IMG/VR virus record: IMGVR_UViG_3300037478_000378
Span: 1-49,902 of that record
Strand: one strand, 5' to 3'
Length of the DNA stretch: 49,902 bases
Source of the DNA: a virus
Taxonomy: Duplodnaviria > Caudoviricetes
Shown: piece by piece, positions 42,446 to 49,902 of the stretch
Layout of the letters: the number at the start of each line of letters is the position of its first letter
Position numbering within the stretch: position 1 is the first letter of the stretch
Position numbers and translations under genes: made by a program
Notes under the pieces: generated by a model
The model's database searches: none
Told to the model about the DNA's origin: nothing
The model's input: the letters and a program-made list of their open reading frames with translations, nothing else

Positions 42446-43806
42446 CAGATCACCCCCGTGTCGGGAATGACGGTTCCCAGCGAACCGCGGATGCCCAGAC
42501 TGTCCAACACCGTCGACCAGGTGCCGCCTGCCGTACGCTTGAGGACAAACGCGGTCTGTGAGGCGTCCGATGTGTGATCGTAGAAGGGCCAGTACAACTC
42601 ATCGCCGAACACGAAGGGGTTGCCGGGCGCATGGTCCGTATTGATATCCGTCCCCACATCCTTGTCCGTCGTCCACGAGCTGCCATCGAACTGTTTGATC
42701 AGGCAGTCCGTGCCGCCCTTGAAGAAGCAGGAGTACAGGTTGTCGTCGAACACCACCAGGCCGCCCATGTAGCTGACTCCGGTGGCGGGTGCCGTGAAGC
42801 TCGTGGCCCATGTCTGTGCCAGCGGGTCGCGCACCGTCACGAGCGCCGTCCCCCCAACCCCGACAGCCAAGGCCGCGTACAGCTTGCCCTTGTATCCCAG
42901 CAGACTCATCACGCCGATCTGGACACCCGACAGTTGCTCGTCTTCGATCCAGTCGTCGTCGGCGCCCGGAGTGATGCGCCAGATGCTCCCCATATTGCCG
43001 GACGTGCCCGTGCCTGCATTGCTGCCACACCAGAGCTGTCCGAGGTAGTCGGCGAGGCAGTACGGGAATCCGCGTCCGTGCTCATCAGTCCCGTCGCCGA
43101 ACTTCTGTCCGACCAGCGCCAACACGCCCGTTTGCGGATTGAAGGCGAGTACGCGCCCCTTGCCGTTCGGATCGCTCCCGCCGTGATCCCACACACTGAG
43201 ATACAGCAGATCGTTGGCCGCGATCATGTCGGTGATCAGGCGCGGTGTGGAGCCGACTGTGGATGTGGGGTTGGTCGGCACGCGGAACATCACGTAACTG
43301 GTGGCCCCATCCCACGCGACCAGAGGCGGCGCGGTGAAATTGATCGTCGGGTAGGCAATGTAGTCGTCACCGGGGAAGAAGTAGAGATTCTGAAGGTGCG
43401 CGCCGCGGCTCGGGAAGTAGAAGTTCCCGCCCACGATGAACGTCCCGCTGAGCTTCTGGCCGCCAACCGGACGCTGCACCGTCGCCGCGGCGAGATCCGT
43501 GAAACTGCTCCCATTGCTGCTCGTCTTCCACGAGTCGGGGTCTTCGGCCGTGGTCAGGCCGACCAGCAACTGCCGGTCACCGGGGTAGTTCAAGGGCACG
43601 TTGGTCAGTCCGCCAACCGCTCCGGCCAGAGCCGAACTGTTGATACGGATCAGACTGCCGCGCTTCTTGATGGCATGCTGGCCCTCGTCGGTCGGGAACT
43701 CGGCATTCTGCAGCCGACGCCACGCGCCATCGGGGATGTGCAGCGGCGACTTGACCAGGTCGACCCCGAGATCGCCCCAGTTGTAGATGTTCAGCTTGCC
43801 GGCCAT
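42445..43806 (-). CDS. Beta-propeller tail protein
   Basis: ATG 43806 (TGATG overlap); repeated YxGxLY/FDDxLY blades. Confidence 0.6.
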   Translation of the reverse strand: MAGKLNIYNWGDLGVDLVKSPLHIPDGAWRRLQNAEFPTDEGQHAIKKRGSLIRINSSALAGAVGGLTNVPLNYPGDRQLLVGLTTAEDPDSWKTSSNGSSFTDLAAATVQRPVGGQKLSGTFIVGGNFYFPSRGAHLQNLYFFPGDDYIAYPTINFTAPPLVAWDGATSYVMFRVPTNPTSTVGSTPRLITDMIAANDLLYLSVWDHGGSDPNGKGRVLAFNPQTGVLALVGQKFGDGTDEHGRGFPYCLADYLGQLWCGSNAGTGTSGNMGSIWRITPGADDDWIEDEQLSGVQIGVMSLLGYKGKLYAALAVGVGGTALVTVRDPLAQTWATSFTAPATGVSYMGGLVVFDDNLYSCFFKGGTDCLIKQFDGSSWTTDKDVGTDINTDHAPGNPFVFGDELYWPFYDHTSDASQTAFVLKRTAGGTWSTVLDSLGIRGSLGTVIPDTGVI

Positions 43807-44525
43807 CACCAGTCTCCGCTGTCGTAATCGTCGAACAACCCATTGACGTACTCTGGCTCTTGAATCTGGCGCACGGCCATCTGGGCAATGAGGTTGGTCT
43901 TCTCGGTGCCGTAGACGGCGAGCCATTCGGGGTCGGGGCTGCGGTCGTCGCGCTCCTTGGAGCGGGCGTAGGCCAAGGCCCACGCGATGAGCGCGTTGTC
44001 CGACTCGCCGGGGATCGGGTTGTTGTCGCCCGCGACCAAGGTCGGCAGCGTGTGGTTGTAGGCCACTGTGAGATTCACCGCACTGCTGAGCTGCGGCGCG
44101 ATGCGAATGGTGGGGGCGCCCACTGGGGCACCCGCGTTGAACAGCGTGTAGAAGATTTCGCGATGCTTCGGCTCGCTGGCGTTCTCGGCTCGAGCCACGC
44201 GGAACACCGGCTCGTTCCAGTTCTTCGGCGAGAAGATCAGGCCAGGGTTCGGCGACGATTCGCCCAGGATGCGCGGCTCGATGCTGACGATGCGGTAGAC
44301 ATCGGCGGGCACACCCGTGACCGACGAGCTGTTGGCTGAGATGGACATGTTGCTCTCGTCCAGCGTCAGGAAATGATGCTCGTACAGATCGTTGATGCGG
44401 CGCCAGAGATCCTTGGCGCCATCGGTCAGATGCTCCAGCAGCTCCGCGTCCGTCCAGAACAGCGCCGACGCTTCGGTGAGCTGCTGGCGGACGCGGGTGC
44501 GGAGGGTGCTGAGGGTCGTCGCCAT
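43806..44525 (-). CDS. Head-tail adaptor (tail tubular A-like)
   Basis: TLSTLRTRVRQQL...FWTDAEL...IP-ALIAWA pattern; synteny. Confidence 0.65.
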   Translation of the reverse strand: MATTLSTLRTRVRQQLTEASALFWTDAELLEHLTDGAKDLWRRINDLYEHHFLTLDESNMSISANSSSVTGVPADVYRIVSIEPRILGESSPNPGLIFSPKNWNEPVFRVARAENASEPKHREIFYTLFNAGAPVGAPTIRIAPQLSSAVNLTVAYNHTLPTLVAGDNNPIPGESDNALIAWALAYARSKERDDRSPDPEWLAVYGTEKTNLIAQMAVRQIQEPEYVNGLFDDYDSGDW

Positions 44526-44538
44526 GTGCTGACCTGCC

Positions 44539-44937
44539 TTACGCGGCCGAGGCTGCCTGCGAGACGGCCGCGCCTTCGGTGCGCTTCATGTACGCCTGGA
44601 CCTGGATGGCACACGCCACGCCGGCCCCGCTGTTGGTGTACTCCAGCCCTTCGTCGGCGGTGAGCGCGAAGCCGACTTCGCCGAAGTCCCATTCGTGGGC
44701 ACCCAGTGCCGGTGTGGCCGCCAGCCCGGCGATCGGGACGTCATCGGTGTCCTGAATCTCCTGGGTCGTGGCGGCGGTCGTCGTCACCGAGATCAGAATG
44801 CGCTGCACGTAGACCGTCCAGCCCTCTTTGCCCGTGATGAGCGCTTTGGCCGTGGCGCTGTGGTTGTCGGCCGCCTCCACGACGGCCGACACACTGACGT
44901 CCTGAAAGCGCGTGAGGTGAATCATCTTGTCGCCCAT
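44539..44937 (-). CDS. Putative virion structural protein
   Basis: Beta-rich, 132 aa, in the head block. Confidence 0.55.
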   Translation of the reverse strand: MGDKMIHLTRFQDVSVSAVVEAADNHSATAKALITGKEGWTVYVQRILISVTTTAATTQEIQDTDDVPIAGLAATPALGAHEWDFGEVGFALTADEGLEYTNSGAGVACAIQVQAYMKRTEGAAVSQAASAA

Positions 44938-44947
44938 GCGTCACCCC

Positions 44948-45655
44948 TTAGTCGGCGTAGAGCTGGATGTGGTAGAGCGTGCCGCCGGCAATGACCTTGA
45001 TGGTGCCGCTCGCCGTCTGTCCGCTCTTGTCGCTGTTCGTGGTCATGCCGTGCGTCCCGAGGGCCGCGCCCAGCTTGAGGAAGTGCGACCAGTCGGTCCC
45101 CGCCTCGTTGTCTTCGACTTCGATCGCCACCACCTCGCCGGTGACGGTCTTGGCGATCTCCGACCGCAGCCGAATCCCGACCACGTCGCCACTGATGGTG
45201 CCCGTGCCGAGCGCGCCGAAGTAGAGGTTGATGCCGCGCAGGTCGCCGCTGTTGTCGGCCGCGCCGTCCTTCATCTCGACGTCGAGCCCGATGCCGTTGA
45301 CCCCGCCGACATCGACGTCGGCCGCGGCCCGAGGCTTGATCTGGACGCCGAACACCTCGCCGGTCGTGGTGACGGTCTGGTTCGGGGTGAACTGCGCCGC
45401 GATGGAGTCGCCGGTCGCCTGCGTGAAGTCGCGCGAGTTGATGCGGAACGTGCCATCCGGATTCTGGAGTGCCGAGAGGCCGCCCCCGAGCGTCAGCGAT
45501 CCGCCAACCACGCCAATCGGCGCCGCATCGCCGGTTTCCGGCGGCAGCAGATCGGCCGAGCTGAACTTCTGGATGTACTGAATCGCGTAGTGGCGATCCG
45601 TGAGACTGCCGAGCCGCTGGCCGGCGAACAGTGGACCGAATCCGAGGAAGCGCAT
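44948..45655 (-). CDS. Putative head fibre/decoration protein
   Basis: GGAG SD, ATG 45655; beta-helix-like G/V repeats; GTIKV...YHIQLY end. Confidence 0.55.
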   Translation of the reverse strand: MRFLGFGPLFAGQRLGSLTDRHYAIQYIQKFSSADLLPPETGDAAPIGVVGGSLTLGGGLSALQNPDGTFRINSRDFTQATGDSIAAQFTPNQTVTTTGEVFGVQIKPRAAADVDVGGVNGIGLDVEMKDGAADNSGDLRGINLYFGALGTGTISGDVVGIRLRSEIAKTVTGEVVAIEVEDNEAGTDWSHFLKLGAALGTHGMTTNSDKSGQTASGTIKVIAGGTLYHIQLYAD

Positions 45656-45709
45656 GATCGTTCTCCAGTCGTGCGACCAGTCAGGAACGCCCGCTGGTCT
45701 CACCGATCG

Positions 45710-45751
45710 AAAAAGTGGTGGGGGGCGCGGATCGGGACGCGCCACCCCACC
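45710..45751 (-). terminator. Intrinsic terminator
   Basis: GGTGGGG-t-GGCGCG/CGCGCC-CCCCACC stem followed by ACTTTTT. Confidence 0.75.
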
Positions 45752-45806
45752 GGCTGTACGGCTACCTGACGAGGGCGAGCACGGACAGCACAATCATCGA
45801 CGAGGC

Positions 45807-46280
45807 TTACGCATCGCCGATCAGGACGAACCCCTTGGCGCCGTTGCTGGCGCTACCGGTGCCACCATCGGCCGTCGTGGTGCCCTGCGCGACCAGGCCG
45901 CTGGCGAGCGCCAGCCCCTGCGGGAACAGCGCCACTTCGACGCCGATCTCGGCCTGCTTGAGGCGCAGTTCGCTGGCCGCATCGCTGGCCGTACTGGCAT
46001 GGTCGGTGAACTTGCTGAAGGTGGCCGTGGTCGTGTCCTTCACCAGACAGATGCCGAACAGCTTGCCGGCCCCGCCGCTCTCGATGAGCACGACATCGGT
46101 GTCCGACAGCTCGTCGAAGGGCACGAACTGCAGATCGGGGTTGCCGCCCTGCTGGGTCAGATACTCCTTGAGAGCTTCAAAGGCGAACCGGGCCGCCGGG
46201 CCGCCCTTGACCGCGATGCCCTGCAGGTAGTTGGAGACACGACGCCACGCGAGAACAGATGCCTGAGTTGAGACGGCCAT
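45807..46280 (-). CDS. Putative capsid decoration protein
   Basis: 157 aa with its own promoter and terminator; A/G/T-rich. Confidence 0.55.
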   Translation of the reverse strand: MAVSTQASVLAWRRVSNYLQGIAVKGGPAARFAFEALKEYLTQQGGNPDLQFVPFDELSDTDVVLIESGGAGKLFGICLVKDTTTATFSKFTDHASTASDAASELRLKQAEIGVEVALFPQGLALASGLVAQGTTTADGGTGSASNGAKGFVLIGDA

Positions 46281-46401
46281 GCGGCACGCTCCAGACGGTC
46301 GGGGATGTGAAGGTCACGAGATCACGGCCGGGGGTGCCGAATTGCACCAGCCGACCGGAGCGCCCGCCACGCACGCCCCGAGACGAGCGAGGACGAGACT
46401 G

Positions 46402-46459
46402 AGATTACAGGATTGTCGGTGGGGGTGTCAATCCGCCGACAGGTGTCAAGATTTTGACG
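46402..46459 (-). promoter_or_regulatory. Promoter plus TGTCAA-N4-TTGAC site
   Basis: TTGACA(46431-46426)-18 nt-TAATCT(46407-46402); TGTCAAgattTTGACG at 46444-46459. Confidence 0.65.
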
Positions 46460-47051
46460 CCGCGATGGCCCCGTGCAGACTCGCATCGTCGATGTCGCGG
46501 CCGGCCGCGCGCATGGCTCTCCGGAAGTTGCGCACGGGCACGCTGACCGGATTCGGATTCACCGGACGCCCCACGCGCCCCCGATTGATGTCGCGCAGGC
46601 TCAGGCGCTCCCCTTTTGCGGCCTTGATGATCTTGAAAGCGTCGGCGTTGCGCTGGTCGAGCTCGTCGTGCGCGACGGCGTCCTTGCGCTGTTCGACGCG
46701 CTGTTCGCCTTCCTCGAGCCGATCCACGACGGCATCCGCGCCCCCCTGCGCCCAGATGTCGCGGCTCCGCAACTCGGCGATGATCGACGGTCGCCATGCA
46801 CCGGACAGGGTCGCTACCGGCACGCAGCCGTACGCGATCATCTGCTTCGTATCCGGGTGGTCGTGCTGCACACCGGCGGTGAGGCCCAGCCGATTCTCGC
46901 GCTTCACCAGCCGCACCAGGCGATAGGCCAGATCCTTCTGCGACGGCATCACGCGCAGCTTGCCGTCGTAGTCGAAGACCAGATCCTGCCACCACGGCGG
47001 CGGTTCGGGGAGCTGGAACGGGTTGTGGGTGCCGAGCCAGATGGCGGCCAT
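46446..47051 (-). CDS. Hypothetical protein (head block)
   Basis: TAATG overlap; 201 aa. Confidence 0.7.
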   Translation of the reverse strand: MAAIWLGTHNPFQLPEPPPWWQDLVFDYDGKLRVMPSQKDLAYRLVRLVKRENRLGLTAGVQHDHPDTKQMIAYGCVPVATLSGAWRPSIIAELRSRDIWAQGGADAVVDRLEEGEQRVEQRKDAVAHDELDQRNADAFKIIKAAKGERLSLRDINRGRVGRPVNPNPVSVPVRNFRRAMRAAGRDIDDASLHGAIAASKS

Positions 47052-47446
47052 TACGCCGGCCCGCCGAGCGCCGCGCTCGGATCGCTGAAGCCTTCGGTCG
47101 GGTTCTGCAGGCTGATCTGCGCACGCCGCAGTCGGGCGAAGTCGATCTTGTGCCCGTCCTGCCGATCCGGCGCCAGGCTGCTCCGGTCCAGCCGCTCGAC
47201 GAACACCGACAGGAGCTCGCTGGACAGCGGGTCGACCGGGTCCTTGCTCCCCTTCACGGCGATCAGCGACTCGAAGAAGGTCCCGTCGTCGCTCCCAGGC
47301 ACCGGGTTCTGGTTCTTGGCGTACGGGATCACATCCGCGCGCATCGGCGATTCGCCGGGCGGTACGTCGTACTCCTGCCCGTCCTTGACGACGGTCAGCG
47401 TGCGGTCGGTGCGGTTGATGACGGTGACGATCTTGTTGGAAATCAT
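47051..47446 (-). CDS. Hypothetical protein (head block)
   Basis: GGAG SD; VINRT...DGQEYDVPPGES. Confidence 0.7.
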   Translation of the reverse strand: MISNKIVTVINRTDRTLTVVKDGQEYDVPPGESPMRADVIPYAKNQNPVPGSDDGTFFESLIAVKGSKDPVDPLSSELLSVFVERLDRSSLAPDRQDGHKIDFARLRRAQISLQNPTEGFSDPSAALGGPA

Positions 47447-47499
47447 GCGCGGCTCCGATCAGGAAACGTGGTCACATGTGCAATTGCGCCGGTCAAAGG

Positions 47500-47535
47500 C
47501 GCGGGGCCGAACCTCTAACAAGGCCCAGCCCCGCG
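47500..47535 (-). terminator. Stem-loop after the major capsid gene
   Basis: 15-bp stem with G-U pairs on the minus strand and a short T tract. Confidence 0.5.
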
Positions 47536-47593
47536 TCGTGTGTACTCGTCAGCCTTACACATGGCCGACGTCGTGGCTGACGATCAGCCGGGA

Positions 47594-48982
47594 TTAGTCG
47601 CCGGCCGGCCGGACCACGATGAGCGTCTGGCCCGTGATGCCGTCGAGCCGCCAGTTCACCGCGGGGAACCGCATGTGGTACTGACGCCGGATGCGGTACC
47701 ACGCCTCGAAGGCGTCCCGCGCCGAGCTGCCCGAGCCGACACGCACGAGCACGCGCCCGTCCTCGTCGACCCACTTGCCCGGCTCCGACTGGTACTTGAC
47801 GCCGCCGCTGTTCGCCCGGTCCAGGCCGAGCAGCACGTCGAGCGGCAGGTCACGGATGGCCTTGAACGCCACTTCGCCCATCGTCAGGTCGCCCTGCGTG
47901 AACGCCGTGGTGCCGCCGTCCGGCCGCTGCAGGTTGGCGCCGGAGTACCGGCGATCGGCCTGGAGCAGCGTGATGTAGAGCCGGCGGATGCTGTGATGGG
48001 CCGCCAGGCAATCGGTCTTGCCGTTCAGCTTCTGGTCGACCACGTCGGCCGACTGCTGCATGACATCGAGACTGAGCGCACCGGTGGCCGCCTTGACGTA
48101 CGACTTGAACGAGTCGTAGACATCCCGGTCCACACCGAAGTAGTTGGTGCGGTAGGTGCCGTCGTCGACCAGCGCCATGATGCCCCAGAAGGCGTTCTCG
48201 TAGCTGGTGTCGAGGACGTCGGTGACGGAACCGTTGGCCGCCTGCACGATGTAGTCGTTGTCGGCCGCGGCCGACCCGATGTCGCTGGCGAGCGTGATTT
48301 CCGTCCCATCGGCCGAGACCGCCGTCACCTTCTGAATCGACCCTGCACGGATCGAGCCGGTGGCCGGGTCCACGGCGGCGATGTAGGTGCCGACCATGAC
48401 GAACCGGTTGCCGAAGTTGTCGTTGGCGATGCCACCGGGGGCATCCACGGCAACCGTGGTGGTGGCGTCCGGGTTGGCCGCATCGATGCGGCACATCACG
48501 CCGCGGCCGTCGAGCGTCAGGGCGTACTCCTCGCGCCGGGCCAGGTCCTTGATCAGCCCGTCCATCTCGTCCTTGCGTGCCTGCTTCCAAGCGTACTCGC
48601 CCTTGGACGTGTCGTAGATGGCCTCGGGTGTGATGCGCACGCGGCCCATGAGCTTCTTCTGGCCGACACGCACCTTGACGTGCCCCTGGGCGCCGGCTTC
48701 CGCCATCGCGCCTTCCTCACCCGTGAACATCGGGCTGGTGTTGCGCGACACGCGGGCGGTGTACACCGTCTCGTCGCCGCCGTAGCTGACCGGCTGCGTC
48801 TTGAAGATGTCGCCGAACGGATTCTTGTCGTTGACCTGGTTGGCGATGAACGACTCGTAGTTGGTCTTGAGCAGACCGTCCACGGTGGTGGTGTTGGCAC
48901 CGTCGAAGTAGCGATCGAGCACGGTGCCCAGATGGAAGGGCAGCCCCTTGAGGACAGCCGCTCCGAGCATGACATACCGCAT
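47594..48982 (-). CDS. Major capsid protein
   Basis: 462 aa after the scaffold; GGAGG SD; strong codon bias; GIMALVDD, YFGVDR motifs. Confidence 0.85.
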   Translation of the reverse strand: MRYVMLGAAVLKGLPFHLGTVLDRYFDGANTTTVDGLLKTNYESFIANQVNDKNPFGDIFKTQPVSYGGDETVYTARVSRNTSPMFTGEEGAMAEAGAQGHVKVRVGQKKLMGRVRITPEAIYDTSKGEYAWKQARKDEMDGLIKDLARREEYALTLDGRGVMCRIDAANPDATTTVAVDAPGGIANDNFGNRFVMVGTYIAAVDPATGSIRAGSIQKVTAVSADGTEITLASDIGSAAADNDYIVQAANGSVTDVLDTSYENAFWGIMALVDDGTYRTNYFGVDRDVYDSFKSYVKAATGALSLDVMQQSADVVDQKLNGKTDCLAAHHSIRRLYITLLQADRRYSGANLQRPDGGTTAFTQGDLTMGEVAFKAIRDLPLDVLLGLDRANSGGVKYQSEPGKWVDEDGRVLVRVGSGSSARDAFEAWYRIRRQYHMRFPAVNWRLDGITGQTLIVVRPAGD

Positions 48983-49012
48983 GACGAACCTCCGAAACTC
49001 TCTCTGGCGGCC

Positions 49013-49902
49013 TTAGACCGCCTGGCGATTGGCGTGCAGGGCACGAATGGCCTGCCACGCCGCGTCGTGAACCTGATCCTCGGTCTGAGCCGCGGCAGGC
49101 TGGCCGGCCGGGGGTGCGACACCGCCCGGCTGCGGAGCCGCGGGGAGCCCAGCGTTCTGGCGGGCCGTGGCGGCTGCGGGGGCCTGGGCCGCCCGCCGCA
49201 CCGGGTCGACGAAGCTGCGCGTCCACGACGCCACGAAATCCTTGGCGAGCGTGGGGTCGCCCCAGGTGTACCGCTGCACGAGCTGCTGGTCGGACTGCAG
49301 CCACGCCGCAAAGGCATTGCCGATCGTCGACTGCTGGAACGGCTCCAGCTTCTCGACGCCGAGCGCCTGGCCGACTTCCCCGAACAGCGAGTGGAGCATC
49401 CGGTTCCCGTGCGCCGACCACTGCATGTCGGTGGACTGCTGGAGCGCGGGGGCCGTCTGCTCGAACTGCTCGAGGGCCTGCTTGACCTTGTCGAAGCTCA
49501 GGCCGGTTTTCCGGCTGATGAGATCGATCACCAGATCGGCCGCCTGCGACTCCTCGGCCGAGAGGGGCTGAGGCGCGGCGTTGGGCCGAATGCCGGTCCC
49601 CGCTTCGAGCATGGCGCGATAGCGATCGCGGTCCTGCGCGACGGAGCCGACCCGCTGACGGATGATCTCGTTGACCTGGTCGCGTGAGAGCCACGTGCTG
49701 CGGTCTTCGGGAAAGCTGAACGTCTGCGGAGCCGGTGACGCCGGACTTGACGGGGCCGGGGACCCTGGAGCCGGGGCAGACGGAGACGCGGCAGGTGCTG
49801 GCGATGGCGCTGGGGTGGGCGCCGGGGTACCCCCCGATGGAGACGGAGCAGACGGGGCCGCGCCGGGCGCGGGCTCGCCGTCGAAGAAGCGGGTGAACGT
49901 CG
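49013..49902 (-). CDS. Putative capsid scaffolding protein, 3' part
   Basis: Pro/Ala/Ser-rich N-terminus then helical region; lies between portal and major capsid on the circle. Confidence 0.7.
   Translation of the reverse strand, partial: TFTRFFDGEPAPGAAPSAPSPSGGTPAPTPAPSPAPAASPSAPAPGSPAPSSPASPAPQTFSFPEDRSTWLSRDQVNEIIRQRVGSVAQDRDRYRAMLEAGTGIRPNAAPQPLSAEESQAADLVIDLISRKTGLSFDKVKQALEQFEQTAPALQQSTDMQWSAHGNRMLHSLFGEVGQALGVEKLEPFQQSTIGNAFAAWLQSDQQLVQRYTWGDPTLAKDFVASWTRSFVDPVRRAAQAPAAATARQNAGLPAAPQPGGVAPPAGQPAAAQTEDQVHDAAWQAIRALHANRQAV
49776..49902. repeat. Terminal overlap copy 2
   Basis: Identical to 1-127. Confidence 0.97.

Noticed and set aside
47540-49687. Long antisense ORFs (e.g. 47540-49687 +, 34204-35949 +, 30600-32177 +, 23101-24462 -)
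   Set aside because: Shadow frames of high-GC genes on the opposite strand; no SD or motifs

Overview
This looks like a complete high-GC dsDNA tailed phage genome, probably podovirus-like. Bases 1-127 are identical to 49776-49902, so the unique circle is 49,775 bp. Two gene arms diverge from a ~1 kb non-coding control region at 10.2-11.2 kb. The minus arm runs through small accessory genes, packaging genes (HTH/TerS candidate, TerL, portal), then across the contig junction through scaffold, major capsid, head/tail tubular proteins, tail fibre, ejection-type proteins, lysis genes and a Dam-type methylase. The plus arm carries 14 tiny genes, then an SF2 helicase, SSB-like protein, PD-(D/E)XK nuclease, AAA ATPase, ERCC4 nuclease, metallophosphoesterase, nucleotide-handling genes, HNH and a UDG-PolA fusion. 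I found no integrase, primase, tRNA or CRISPR array. The most unusual structure is a 5.0 kb island (10392-15431) bracketed by ~120 bp imperfect inverted repeats. Each arm has a TATGTACATA palindrome plus CGCAC units in exact 8-bp phase, and the island holds a 61 bp palindrome and a chimeric gene. Other notable items are a junction-repeat cassette array, twin three-way-junction leader RNAs, a shared R[FY]FDG motif in scaffold and capsid, a PolA with atypical motifs, and twin 6-Cys peptides. All product calls come from motifs and synteny read by eye; no database search was run.
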